This document shows positions 39,301 to 51,104 of a stretch of DNA of 64,000 bases, piece by piece. The notes under the pieces were generated by a model. It was not told the DNA's origin, searched no databases, and saw only the letters and a program-made list of their open reading frames with translations. Both the position numbers and the translations under genes were made by a program. The stretch's first letter is position 1. Every line of letters starts with the position of its first letter. Location of the stretch: assembly GCA_964016885.1 (NCBI GenBank), contig OZ024741.1, forward strand, positions 66,278,001 through 66,342,000. Direction: 5' to 3'. Source of the DNA: Eledone cirrhosa. Lineage: Eukaryota.

Positions 39301-40236
39301 TCCAGGATTCTGGAGCCTTCCTCATTTCTAGTACCAAACCCATAGCCTCCATGGATTTCGTCGTAGCCGTCACAATGTTGTCCAACGTGACCATTTAGGT
39401 CGCCTGCAATAATTATATAGTCACTGTCGGATATTTGGGAGGTAGTTAGCATCAGTGTCTCATAGAATCTGTCTTTTATAGTGCCGGGCAGTCCGGATTG
39501 GGGTGCGTACGCAGATATTACTGTCACCGTAGTTCTATTGAGGACAAGTCGTATTTTAATTATTCTGTCGTTCACTCTATTTACGTCTATTATCTTATCT
39601 GCCCACTTTTCTGCTACCATGATTCCTACTCCATCCAGCCCATCGTCGTTTCCCACCCAGAAAAGCTTATAACATCGTTTTTTACCCTCAATGAATCTAG
39701 CAGACCCACCCCTCCACCTGGTCTCTTGAATACAACAAACATCGACCTCCTTACGTTCAAGCATTTCTACAACCTCGTTAGCGCGACCCTTTAGGGTGCC
39801 TACATTTATGGTACCAACTCTGAAGTTTTGGATTGCGTTTGGGGGTTTGGGGCGGTGGGGGGCGGGGGGCGATGGGGTTATGTTAGCCGTCCGCGGTCGA
39901 AACAATGAGGAGTGCTCGCATTCTCGTCCAAGAGTTGTCGGTTAGAGGAGGATTCCGCAGTCCATCCATCCATCATATATCGAAAGGCAACCAGGCAAGC
40001 GATAGTATAGGCCTCTGGCTTCTGATTGGTCCGCGTAATAATAATACTGGTGATGCGTGGGGGCTCTGGCTTATGATTGGTCAACGTAATAGCAATGGTG
40101 GTGGGTAGCTAGATAGAAGGTAATGATTGAATGGGGTCCTTGCATTTAACAAGCGATTAACAAAAATACAAAATTTTGTTCTGTTCGATACGACAAAAAC
40201 TTTCGTATCTAACAATTAATGAATACGAAAAATGTA
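36350..40236 (-). mobile_element. Full-length RTE LINE inserted in the Helitron helicase
   Basis: Interrupts NHIN|DQMLKLIPG. (GAT)n tail, probable GATCA target duplication, about 330-nt 5' UTR. Confidence 0.95.
36732..39905 (-). CDS. RTE ORF, 1057 aa: APE endonuclease, reverse transcriptase, embedded C4HC3 PHD-like finger
   Basis: Uninterrupted ORF with GTINVGTL, CCIQETRW, GDLNGHVG, SQHRL, YADD and FRYLG. Contains an in-frame 19-aa duplication. The annotated start codon is non-ATG (TTG), so the true start is uncertain. Confidence 0.93.
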   Translation of the reverse strand: MFRPRTANITPSPPAPHRPKPPNAIQNFRVGTINVGTLKGRANEVVEMLERKEVDVCCIQETRWRGGSARFIEGKKRCYKLFWVGNDDGLDGVGIMVAEKWADKIIDVNRVNDRIIKIRLVLNRTTVTVISAYAPQSGLPGTIKDRFYETLMLTTSQISDSDYIIIAGDLNGHVGQHCDGYDEIHGGYGFGTRNEEGSRILEFCDANNLTICNTNFKKRDNHLITYRSGEHTSQVDYILTRRRDRVSVVNTKSLPHEECTSQHRLIISDLIVRTRRTRQQKRTILRRKIWKLKDPTARNKFQSILLDAFDSKEEHLESDNIEGEWEFLKANLLLATDEVCGWSRPGGRRRVTWWWNSKVEGSIKAKKQAWKVWRDGGSREDYQVARREARRQVYLARREVEERKFKHVLQRDDQKREVFRIARQCVKENRDIVGEKCVLNDDGTLAITDADKKVAWKCHYERLLNEENKWEKDSLPHIDPIEGPAVLVEGSIISKAIKDMKTGKAAGPSEIVAEMLKASGTVGHTMVTRIVNQVVQNGVVPKDWHSSIIVNCYKGKGDALDRGNYRGIKLIDQVMKVTEKVIAQLIRERIDLDEMQFGFVSGKSTTERIDLDEMQFGFVSGKSTTDALFIVRQLQEKYLAKGKPLYLAFVDLEKAFDRVPRSIIWWALRKLGVDEWLVRAIQAMYKETVSKVRINNEYSEEFSVKVGVHQGSVLSPLLFIIALQAITEEFKTGCPWELLYADDLTLIAESMAELEKKFQTWKHGLESKSLKINLAKTKVLVCRKENKAAVPSGKWSCSVCRKGVGRNSILCPKCKVWVHKRCSGITGKLTKNIDFTCGQCSGAISSSKCPQNTSSFNCAEGSIEIVDSFRYLGDKISSGGGCSESTVARVRTGWKKFRELIPLLAAKGFSLKMKGRLYDACIRTAMLHGSETWALCAEDIRRLERNEACMLRWMCNSNIRERQSINELRKKLEIRGIRCCLLERMLRWYGHVMRMKVDSCITKCRAIKIDGSHGIGRPRKTWDELINSDLTHLHLSKTMSLDRDLWRYSVTEKTHLT

Positions 40237-40794
40237 GATCAAATGCTAAAACTCATTCCTGGGGATGGCTACCTATATAAGTCTATCGATAGAACTCCTG
40301 ACCCCGAGGACGTCATCAACTATCCAATAGAGGTACTAAATTCCTTTGAGCCCTCCGGATTACCCCCACACATTTTGAAACTTAAAGTTGGTGCCCCTAT
40401 AATGCTCATTTGAAATTTGGTTCTGCCGAAACAATGCAATGGCACACGTTTGGTCATTAAGTCCTTAGCTCCCAATCTGATTGAGGCCACGATAATCACA
40501 GGGTGCGGTCGGGGCAAGCTTGTGCTCATACCGAGGATGCATCTTTTCCCATCAGGAGCAGACCTACCTTTCACATTTCGGAGGTCCCAGTTCCCGGTCA
40601 GGCCATGCTTCGCAATGTCAATTAACAAAGCGCAGGGACAAACACTGTCTGTCGCGGGAATACATTTGGGGGAGCCGTGTTTCTCTCATGGTCAGCTTTA
40701 TGTTGGCTGCTCGCGTGTCGGCAGCAAGAGTGATGATTTTGCGTTCGTTCCGCAAGGAAAAACAAAAAACATTGTGTACAAGGAGGTTTTATAG
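40237..40794 (+). pseudogene. Helitron PIF1-like helicase C-terminus (one in-frame stop)
   Basis: GLPPHILKLKVGAPIMLI*NL..CNGTRL...KNIVYKEVL. Confidence 0.9.
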
Positions 40795-42424
40795 GATTAC
40801 CTCGATTCCTAATTTTATAACTTTTTTATTTTTTTATTTTTTGCCTTTTTGTGAGTACTTTCTAAGTAGGTTAACCTTCACTGCAGTGCAGTGGACACTC
40901 CCCACCATCTGCCGTACAAAGGCTGATTCTCGCGGCGTTACAAAGCTTCATTGCAACTCCGACCCTACTCAAATATCAGCTGTTGCTTCTCACCAACCCC
41001 CGTTTGGTGGGCCCCAGAGGACCGTGGACAGGTTAGTATTTCACCTCCGTACGACTCTCAAAGGGTCAACAATGCTTTAATGACGGGATTTACATTTTTA
41101 GGCGGTTCCCTGCAATTACTTCACACTTCACCAACACCTGGCCTCCGCTCAGCTCTATTTCCCTCCCTCCGTCGGCACAGCAGCAGGCTCATCTTCTACG
41201 TCCGACGTACATGATGCTCCAACCATACAATGATAATATCAATAGACGAAACTACAATTGTCACTGCTGGCGCAGCTCCTGCTTCGGCAGTGCAGGTTTG
41301 CAATTCATTCAACCAGTGCCTGGCAGACAAAAAAGTGCTGCCATAAAATGGATGGTGCAACCTAACTTTGGTAACTTACTGACCCTGAGCAACGCCGGGC
41401 TTTAATGCTAGTATATATATGTTTATGTGAATGTGTGTATAGGTATGTATATATATATCCATGTATATTTATTTTCATGTATCTTTGTAAAGGTATGTGT
41501 ATATATGCATTTATGCATGAGAGTGTATGAATCTATGTATGTGTGTATGTATACATATATATATATACATGTGTGTATATGTATGTTGGTATTTTTCTAT
41601 ATGCTTTAAAATTCCTCTCAATTTACTTAAAGAATTTTCTTCCCACTCCCATAACCCTACCTGCCCTTCCCTCCTCTAACCGACAACTCAATACCTTCCC
41701 CTAAAAATATGCTCCCCAACTGCTATGAAACTTATAAATACCAATGACTTACTATATCAACTGGCATTCCTGATGATTATATACGAATGAAACAGTTCTA
41801 GTCCTGTAGAAGCTGGACCAGGCACTTTTTGTTGTTACCAACATGACCACCTTACTGTGTAGGCTGGGAGCTGTTTTGTCGTGGCTCCAAAACGTCCACT
41901 TTACAGTGGGCGATGCACAATGGGGATTGGAGAGGTAGATCTAGAGTGGGGTGTAGGGATGTGGGTGAACAACACACAAGCATCATCATCATACAGCTGC
42001 TTTCCATACTTATATGGTTGGACAGGTTATCAAACACATACATTAAAAAGTTTGACATGGTTTTTATGGCTGGATACCCTTCTTAACACCAATAGCTTGA
42101 CAGTGTTCTTTCAAGACAACCATTACTGAGGGCCTGATTTGAAAGGTGTTTATATACATATAGTTGAAGGAGACAACAAACAGAGGTAAAAAAATGTCTT
42201 ATTAGTTTCACGCTTTATATAGAAAAGAGGAAAAACAGTTTGACACGTTTGGCTTAAGCCCTTCTTCAAAGGAGAAACAAGTAAAGGAGGTCCAAGCAAA
42301 AAAAAAAAAAATCGAAACATATATGTATGTGAGTGTAGAACAATGAAAACAAATCAAATGTCAGAGATAGATAGTAAATTAGATAATTGTTTTACAATCT
42401 AATATTACTCATACTATTAAGACA

Positions 42425-42655
42425 TCAGATTGGCAGTCTTGGTGGAATGTTGAACCACATGCTTTATGGCATAGAGTTACAGACCTTTACAATCTGAGTT
42501 CAGATATCCGGCCACAGTTAGCTTTGCCTTTCATCCTTACGGAATTGATAAAATAAAGAATAAAGTACCAGTAATGCACTGGGGTTGATTTAATTGACTT
42601 TCCCCTCCCCAAAATTGTTGGCTTTGTGTTTAAAATCAAAAACCATTATTATTAT
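42425..42655 (+). mobile_element. tRNA-derived SINE copy
   Basis: Same core and tail as the other copies. Confidence 0.75.
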
Positions 42656-43002
42656 TTATCTTTATTTATACACCCTTTATGTGCTTTCTATTCCCACTCC
42701 TCTTAATTTATGCATCCCTCTTTTTTCTATTTCCTCAACCATTGACACACAACCCAGGCATCCCACCTTCTTATATATATATATATATATATATATAATC
42801 AAATAAAATCAGTTAAGTGTTTCTGAAGAAGGCAGTCAATAGAACTGGAATTTCATGACTAGAAACATGTAATGATGTAACCATTTCCATGCTAGCTGAT
42901 ACATTGATCTTCCAAGATCAATCAACCCTCTGAAATGATCGTAAAACAACAAACTAATTTACTACTTAATCCTGACTTTTTGTTTTGTTTTCATTGTTCT
43001 AT

Positions 43003-43042
<40 letters not shown>

Positions 43043-43046
43043 GTAT

Positions 43047-44060
43047 ATACAAAGTATTAAAACAATCAAATCTTAGTTTAATACATTTATTTGCTGACAA
43101 TTGTTTCTTCTAGAGGGATGTCTGGAATCATTGGAACATAGGGAATGTCTAAAGAGGTGATTAAAATCCTAATCTTCAGAACATTTAGGTAGATACATAA
43201 CTGTTGTCAGTGTCCTAGACATCATGTAGAGAATCAGGAGTTAAAAGGATGTTATGCTTCAGAGAACACAGTTACAAGGAGCAATGGTGAAAAGTGCAAA
43301 AGGTACAAGAAAAAATGTAAGATAGGATAGACATAAGATATCATAGCATTGAAGATCAGGTAATGTTAAGGGTATATAATGCAAGAGTCAATACAATCAA
43401 TAAGGCATGTATGAGGAAAGAGTTATATTACAGCTGAAATAAGCATATTTTGTGTAGAATGTAAAAGTTTGTTATTAGTGTTAGAAATGTTTAAATTTTT
43501 TTAAATGGCGTGCTATATGGTAGGGAGACGTGATGATAAAATAGGTATATGTTATGTGAGATGTAATGCAAAGCACGTGATTGGATTGGGTAGGTAATTT
43601 TCATTTAAGAATTTTTATATTGGAGTTCGTATATAGATGTATATGTTGGGTGTAACTCAGATGTATTAACCATGGAATTTTCTTAGTTTGAGATGTGTAT
43701 AGTTTATAGATATGTGTTTGGTAAAAGTAAATTCCACTTCCTTGTAATTGTGTTCTCTGAAGCATATCATCCTTTTAACTCCCAATTCTCTACATGATGT
43801 CTAGGACACTGACAACAGTTATGTATCTACCGAAATGTTCTGAAGACTAGACTAGGATTTTAATCATCTGTTTCGACATTCCCTATGCTCCAATGATTCC
43901 AGACATCCCTCTGGAAGAAACGATTGTCAGCAAATAAATGTATTAAACTAAGATTTGATTGTTTTAACACTTTGTATCTCGGCTCTATAAAACACTTGAT
44001 AATTTGCATTGAGCCTTTTATCATACAGGTAACCGGCTAGTACTTAGTACTACCCTCCAT
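43047..44060 (+). mobile_element. PLE-type fold-back unit: about 235-bp inverted arms (43047-43280 / 43739-43977) plus tail
   Basis: Arms pair clearly. The right arm carries a hammerhead-like motif, followed by AATAAA and an unpaired tail ending at TA-rich sequence. Confidence 0.75.
43836..43932 (+). ncRNA. Hammerhead-like motif with about 70-nt stem II region
   Basis: TGTT CTGAAGA ... GAAA C GATT G TC AGCA. Stem II closure is uncertain. Confidence 0.45.
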
Positions 44061-44099
44061 ATTTATAATTGTATATTAAACATATATAACTATAAATAT

Positions 44100-44421
44100 T
44101 GTAGCAGGAGTTGCCTCCCTTGTTGTGACACTCACATCACCAATAGATTAACGCTCTCTAGATAGGAAGTAGAACCCTTTCTGTAACTTCCGTTCCAATC
44201 CTATAAAGGGAATAACTTTAAGCTCCCTATCTCTCATTTGCCCTTTCGGCCAGGCGCGTTCGCTTGGCAACCAAACGGTAACTAATAACTTTGCTTCATT
44301 CTCTCATCTATTCATTGACATGTCAACTATACTGTTCTATATATCCACAAATTGTTAATTAAATATTATACACACAAACCACATCTCTTGTTATACTTAT
44401 ACAACCCAGTACCATGTTATA
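44100..44421 (+). mobile_element. Solo-LTR-like element
   Basis: TGTAGCA...TGTTATA ends, internal TATAAA, ATAT on both flanks. A second copy lies at 54973-55364. Confidence 0.6.
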
Positions 44422-45270
44422 ATATTATTATTATTACTATATATGTATATATATATATAAATAATTGACTCTGTAACCTGGGCAGATTCTTCTTCAAGGA
44501 AATCTTATGCAGTGGTCGCCTACTACAGAAACTACTGGTTATACTACCTAATCTTGCTAAAATCATCTTTCTAAGGACATATCGAGGTCTAACAACGTTA
44601 TTGGCTCAAGCAACAATATATATATGCATACATACAAACCAAGGTAAAATGAGAAGAATTACACAAAGTATTAGTCTAAGAAAAGGAAAAAGGATGCCTC
44701 AACATATCAAAATTGGATTCTGCACAGTTTCTGTCTACCAAATTTCACTCACAAGGTGTTACCCAACATAAAGATATAGTAGAAGAGAAATATCCTACTG
44801 TGAGTTGAAAACTGTAATTATCATATGTACTCAAATATAAGCCAAACTTCCTATTTTATGTCTGAGAAATAGGCAAAAATCCAAACCCTATTTATAAACC
44901 TAGGCAGCTAATCAACACATTGTTTAGATGCCATATATAATCTGATCCCTTTCTCTTTTACCATCGATTTTCTGGTCACATATTCCTCAAATATTATTCA
45001 AGTATATATGGTATTTGGTTACAAAGTGGACATCTTAACTGCACATCTGTGCCAGTGTAATGTAAAACAAATGGAAAAGAGTGTGGATGGATACAAACAG
45101 TAATTTGAGAGTGTTTAATGAATTAAGTAGATTTAAATTTGTGTTTGAAATACCAGAGTATTTGAAACTTGCAAATATTGATTGATTGAGCAATCAATAC
45201 TGTTGGGAATAGAGTAGAAACATATTTTCTAAGTAGAAAACTTGCAGCATATGCTTCTGTATCTGTTTAA

Positions 45271-45691
45271 CCCTTTAGCATTTAAACCAGCCGTATCCAG
45301 TCAGAATTCTCTCACCTCTTTCTGTTCAAACTGACTGTAACCAGCTGCTCATACTGACATAAACCCTTTAGCTACATTACTCTATATTTACTATTATATT
45401 TTCATGGTAAAGATTTTACCTCACATTATCTTATATAATATCGAATCTATGAGATTTTTAATATTTATTTTGAGAACAATACCTTAACATCAGTATGAGC
45501 TGCTGGTTACAACCAGTTTGAACAGACAGATGTGAGAGAATTCTGGCTGGATACTGTCAATTTAAATGCTAAAGGGTTAAGGTATTGTTCTCAAAATAAT
45601 AACAAAATCTCACTAATTTGATATTATGTGAGATAAAGCTTTTACTGTGAAAATACAATAATAAATATAGAGTAATGTAAATGCTAAAGGG
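45271..45691. mobile_element. piggyBac-like MITE with a second copy (45364-45576) nested in opposite orientation
   Basis: Outer TTAA-CCCTTTAGCA...TGCTAAAGGG-TTAA. The inner copy sits at the family's internal TTAA site. Confidence 0.85.
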
Positions 45692-47759
45692 TTAAACACA
45701 CTTTCAAATCCCCTTCCCCATAAAAAAGTTGAATTTTAAAATTTATTTTAAGTGCTGCTTAGTGATGAAAGAGGGAAAAGCAGTGCTCACGACCCTTTTT
45801 GAGACTGGTAGGATGGAGTAAGGTGTCCTCCAGAGAGCTGGCTTGAATCTTTGCAACAGAGTGTGTTCTGCTAAAGGTACTTGAGGGACAAGTGGTGGTG
45901 TTAAACCAGGCAATGAAAATAAGTATACCATCCAACAATAACCTTATCTTGGAATCACTTTCAATAATGTAATTAGCAAATTTTTTGTGGATATACATAA
46001 ATATGTTGTCTAACCTTAAACTATATATTGTAAGTAAAGAAACAGGACAAAGATTGTGAAATTGGACAGGTTTTAATACTAATCCACAGCAATTAACAGA
46101 AGAATGGTTAGTATTAGGAATGGCAGAGAGGAGGCCCTCTTTGGTATTGCTAACCAAGGATTTGCAAAGTTCCTCTCTGACACACAAGCCCAGGCAATAT
46201 GTTTTTGTGGAAGACCAGCAGTCACCCATGTATATCAGTCTTCCCTCTCCATGCTACTGATTTGTCTAAAGGGCAAGGCAAAGACTGATATAGCTTAGCG
46301 TCAGTATGTCACAACTAATTTTTCTTCAGAGGAGCAAACAAAGAACAAGAAATAAAATGTTTTGCTGAAGGGCACAATGTGTCACTCAGTCCAGGAATCG
46401 AACCCAACCACACAATCGTGAACCCATCACTGTGCTAAATTACATCATCATCATCATCATCATTTTCGTTTAACATCCATTTTCCACGCTAGCATGGGTT
46501 AGACATGTCTTTGCTATTAGAAAGGGTATTTAACTATAGAAGCCATTAGCCCAACTACACCTGTCACCAAGGGAGAGCAGTAGGTGGCACTGTTTCTACT
46601 TTTTATGGTGATATGCTTATTCGGAATACCCAGAATGTTCTGAAATTCGTCCCCTGCCCCTCTCTTATCATCAAAGCTTAGCAATGTGGCTGGTCCAACA
46701 ACAAAAAAACATCCCATCCATTCATAAGATTTTTATCATACATATATTTTTTTTATTAATTGGTTTAGTCTGGATGTAGGGGTTCTGCCCATTACCCTTC
46801 AAAACTAGTGAGATCAACCTAAGTAATGTTCTTTTGGATAGTTGCAAGCTTATGGATGCAGGGAGAGAATTCCCAAAGGCTTATGTTCTTAGGGAGAAGC
46901 ACTCGGGATAGTGTCAGGGCTTGACATAGAGCAAGGACACACAAAATGGGTTTCGACAAGAAAAACAAGTGAGATGAGAGTGTCTGTGTGAAAGTGGAAT
47001 GTGATCAGTCAGCTCTAAGGAACAGAGACCAGTCAGCCCTAAAGAGCAGAGGCCACAGAAATAGCAAGAGAAAATATATGATAGGTTAAGTAAAATAAAT
47101 CTATTTCAATTGATAACAGAAAACAAAATCATTTCTGTGTCCTAAAAATAAAAATACCTGATTCACACAGTATTTTCATGCTGAATTCAGATAGGCTTCT
47201 CATATTTCTCTATCAGGCTAGGTTTTTGTGTAACAAGGAATTTAATTGTTTAAAACCATATTGTTACACATTTACTAAAATATGATTGAAGACATACCTG
47301 GAGATTTAAAATTGCTTGGTTTGATTTTCTTTTGCACCTTGACTCAGGCATTATTATTAGTTTAATGTTAGCTTTGCCTTCTACCCTTATGGTGTTGATA
47401 AAATAAAGCACCAGTAATGCATTGGGGTAGATTTAATCGACTTTCCCCTCCCCTCAAATTGTTGGCCTTGTGCCTAAATCAGAAACCATCATCATCTTAT
47501 GTCTGCTTTCTCTGCTAGCAAATGTTGGATGGGCCATCAACAGACTGGGCTGGTATTTAAGCAGGGCTACTGACCTCTTGGTTGAGCCAGAGGCCTTCAT
47601 CTCACACACATTGCAACACTCTACTAAGTGCTCAGACAGGCTAATGGCCTGCAACTTGCTTACATATGATCCTGCACTCTACCAAGTGCATTTTATCATG
47701 ACACCAACATTAGGAAGGTTGTCATGTCTTTAACACAACCGAAGAGTTCTCCTAACCTA

Positions 47760-48270
47760 TTAGGCAGGTTTTATGCAGCTGAACCCAGCAGTAGTTAGCA
47801 AGCATTCTGGGGTTCCTGTTGCTTTGGTAATGTTTCCACATGGTCACTTGACCTGTAATAAATATAGCTGCTAAAGCTCACTTAAATCATAGCGTCCTTT
47901 CATAGCTTGAGCTGGTGGGGCTGGATCAAGGGGGCAGCAGAAACTGATAGCATCGCTATCTTCCCATACCGCAGTGGTAAAACCATTACCTGAGATGCAG
48001 CAACCTGATACATTCAACGACAAACCCAGCCTTTGTTGCCCGACAAGATGAAGATCTCAAGTTGTTGAAGTATCAGCCACTTTCCAATAGGTTTGAACCT
48101 GTAGTGGTAGGGACTTCTAGCATTTTGAGTCCCTGTACCACTTCCTTACTCATTGCTATTGTGTTGGCTACCTGTAGGTTGGAATGGCTACTCAATACAT
48201 CTCCCTCACTAGTTTCCGAGAGAGACCATTCTCCTACATCGTCTGGGCTCATATTAGGGGAGCAATGATT
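47760..48270 (+). mobile_element. Degraded restriction-like-endonuclease (CRE/R2-group) non-LTR fragment
   Basis: FPYRSGKTIT*D...DTF and KYQPLSNRFEPVVVGTSSILSP resemble the PD-(D/E)xK RLE C-terminus. Confidence 0.45.
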
Positions 48271-49507
48271 ATATATACACATATATAGCTCAATCCAGCA
48301 CACATCTTGGTCACTAATGTCAAAGAAAACTGGGGAAGGGAGGAAGTATATAAACAATTACAAAAATAAATAAATAAACTCTACACCCTTGCTGACCGAC
48401 TTAGATAAGAGAAAGACATATTAGATAATATAGTCTCACATACTAAAAGGACAAGGTGATCAAACTAGAATGCTTTCTGTTCATAGGTCTGTTTGATGAT
48501 GATTGATATAGGGCTAAATAACACCCCTCACTAACCCACCACCTCTTGTCAGCCCAGCAATGTTTCACCTTTCAGGTCACACACTAAATATATTGACTAA
48601 TCTTTCCTTCACAGTCAGAACCGGAATTTCCTCTTTACTTTTAATTTTTCCTTTCAGAAGTTCAAACTGAGCATTAACCAGGTTCTTCTCTCTCATCTGC
48701 CCAGCAGGCCTGATAGAGGTTATTATGAACAACACCTCTCTTCTTCTGACTTATCCTATCAAGTAAATAGAGCACTCAACTCCATACTGAGCTGTACCTT
48801 ACTATTGTACCTAAATAAAACTAGATGAACATTGACAAACAACATGTATGAAAACACAGATCAGCATCGTAGAATTTTTTTTTTTTAATCATTCACTTGC
48901 CAAGTGGGGTGGACCTCATCAAACTGGACTAAGGAAACAATGTTTTCCATTGATCTTTCCATTGCTGATACTATCTACTGGTCGCAACTTCTGGCAGAAG
49001 GAGCAATGTGAGATAAAGTGTCTTGCTCAAGGTTACAATGCATCACCCAGTCCGAGAATTGAACTCGCAACCTCACGATTGCAAATCCAACTCTGTAACC
49101 ATTAAGCCACGCACCTTCATAGTAGAATAAACGTGCAAAAGAAAAGTAAGCAGAAGCAAAGAAGAAAAAGATTGTAGGAGAAATTGATTCAGTACATGAA
49201 CTGGCACTTTATTTTATCGACTTCAGAGGTGACAAAAGGTAGTTTAAACTCAGAACAGTCATTCTATCTAACGTTACTAAATACTGCAGGCATTCAGTTT
49301 GAAGAGATTCTGACAATGAATCTAAGGAAGAAGTAGCAGCAACTTCATATTAGAGATGCACCATCACCGTTAATGTCCATTTTTCCATGCTAGCATGGGT
49401 TAGATGAGTTGCCTTGTTTTGAAACAAGCCAAGTCAGCTGACCGTTTCTTGCTCATACAGAACTGGTCTTGGCTTGGTTTCTACGGCTAGATGTCCTTCC
49501 TAACACC

Positions 49508-49563
<56 letters not shown>

Positions 49564-49656
49564 TGCTTGACTGGCAACCGCTCTGTATAATCAGTTCCTG
49601 ATTATTCCTAGAATTCTATAAGAATCAAACATTCATGATTTTCAGCAGAGTACTTA

Positions 49657-49699
49657 GCTTTGATAAGTACCAAAAAGTACGAAACAGAGCTCTATCAGC
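49657..49699 (+). ncRNA. Variant hammerhead-like motif (UUGAUAA core)
   Basis: GCT TTGATAA GTAC caaaaa GTAC GAAA cAGAGCTCTa TC AGC, located just downstream of a (TA)n tract. Confidence 0.45.
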
Positions 49700-49850
49700 T
49701 TTATCTCCCCTTGTTTGCTGAAAATTTAAAGTAAGTGAGACTGTCACTACTCTAAAGCAATAGCGTAAGGTCTTCGAAATGCTTTTAATTAAGCATACAG
49801 TGTATTGCAAAATACACTATATATACATTCATATATATATATATATATAT

Positions 49851-50125
49851 CATCATCATCATCATTATCGTTTAACATCCATTTTTCTATGCTAGGATGG
49901 GTTAGACAAGTTGCCCCATTGTGAGACAAGCCAGGTCCAATGACCATGTCTTGCTCATACAGAACTGATTTTGGCTTGGTTTCTATGGCCTGATGCCCTT
50001 CCTAACTAACATCAATGACCAATTTACAGTGTAGGCTGGGTGCTTTTTGTCATGTCACCTACATGATCACTTTACAGTGTGGGTTGGGTGCTTTTTGTTG
50101 TGACACCTACAAGACCCCTTTATAG
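49851..50125 (-). mobile_element. Short non-autonomous RTE-tailed element (other copies at about 49360-49510 on minus and 51100-51541 on plus)
   Basis: AGGAAGGGCATC module plus ACCCATGCTAGC-type RTE 3' end and (GAT)n tail, with no ORF. Confidence 0.7.
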
Positions 50126-50265
50126 TATATGAAGGCATAATAACATATGTCTCGCCATATGTTTTAAGCCATGACCATGTCACAGTTACCTCAGTAGCCA
50201 CGTGAGAATGCCAGACATCAGTGTTTCAGGATAAATAATCTGACGTAGCTGGTCATGGTTCAAAA

Positions 50266-50555
50266 CAGGCATGGGTAACCTTTTTTGAGAAGCGAGCCGC
50301 ATGAGATATGGCTCATCTTCTGGCGGGCCGCAAGCGCTAATTTACATCCGTGCTCCACATTAAAAAAAGGGCAGTAACTCAGGTTGTTTTGATTTATTTC
50401 TTCAGAATTCATACACTTGTTTTCCTTGATTGTAAAAATGATAGAAAGATAAATTACAACTGAAAAGTTGGGGTAAAAAAATCAGAAAGATTTCACTTAG
50501 GTGACTTAGGCGAGCCATTGAGAAAGCTTTGTGGGCCGCAGGTAACCCATGCCTA
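50266..50555. mobile_element. hAT (Charlie-like) MITE
   Basis: TIR CAGGCATGGGTAACCT / AGGTAACCCATGCCTA, GGGCCGCA subterminal motifs, 8-bp flanks GTTCAAAA / GCTTAAAA. Confidence 0.75.
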
Positions 50556-50658
50556 GCTTAAAACATTCATAGTAAGACTTATATATGTATATTATACATA
50601 AACACAATCATCAGTGATGTTTACTCACTTTGTACTGAGATTTGTATAAACTATATCT

Positions 50659-51094
50659 TACATACTTTGGTCTATAAAACATCTGCTTGACAAGCTGGGA
50701 TAAACTAGCACTAGCACTAACACAGTGTGATTCATAATAGAGGTGTATATGAAATTATATATGTGAGGCATACATCTAGTAAGTGTCACCTACCCCTCCA
50801 TACACCTCCCGTGTCATAACATCTCACCCATACCCCTAGATCTACCTCCTCAATCCTCTGTAAAGTGTGGACTGGGGACTTGGGTGGTGCAAGAGGATTG
50901 AGGAGGAAGATCTAGGGGCATGGGTAAGGGGTTGAGGTGTTATGACACTGGAGGTGTATGGAGGGGTAGGTAACACATACTAGATGTATGCCTCACATAT
51001 ATAATTTCATATACACCTCTATTATGAACCACACCGTGTTAGTGCTAGTATATCCCAGCTTGTCAAGCAGATCTTTTATAGACCAAAGTATGTA
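50659..51094. repeat. Long inverted repeat (about 200-bp arms, about 32-bp spacer)
   Basis: TACATACTTTGGTCTATAAAA...CAATCCTCT / AGAGGATTG...TTTTATAGACCAAAGTATGTA. Confidence 0.9.
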
Positions 51095-51104
51095 GGTGCC
51101 ATGA

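Larger units (their letters stand above)
33942..41411 (+). mobile_element. Helitron, internally deleted and interrupted by an RTE
   Basis: 5' A|TC end and 3' hairpin plus CTAG|T. Rep N-terminus CKFC...MCCLNGK...YNCAFQMTSFG...FKVQGQVYHLIGSL. PIF1 helicase motifs NMR, AILAPRN, LKVGAPIML, CNGTRL, QFPVRPCFAMSINKAQGQTL, FSHGQLYVGCSRV. Confidence 0.93.

Noticed and set aside
36796-39794. Plus-strand ORFs opposite the RTE
   Set aside because: Antisense shadows of the RTE coding frame.
41769-41810. CTGATGA...GAAACAG hammerhead (related sequence on minus at about 10146-10185, another motif at about 42823-42872)
   Set aside because: The core is present but stems I and III cannot be paired convincingly. 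These are probably decayed PLE repeats and are not called as ribozymes.
45743-47070. Possible host exon(s) on minus strand
   Set aside because: No family motifs or coherent splice model. The part near 46800-47070 resembles a decayed LINE 3' end but is too weak to call.
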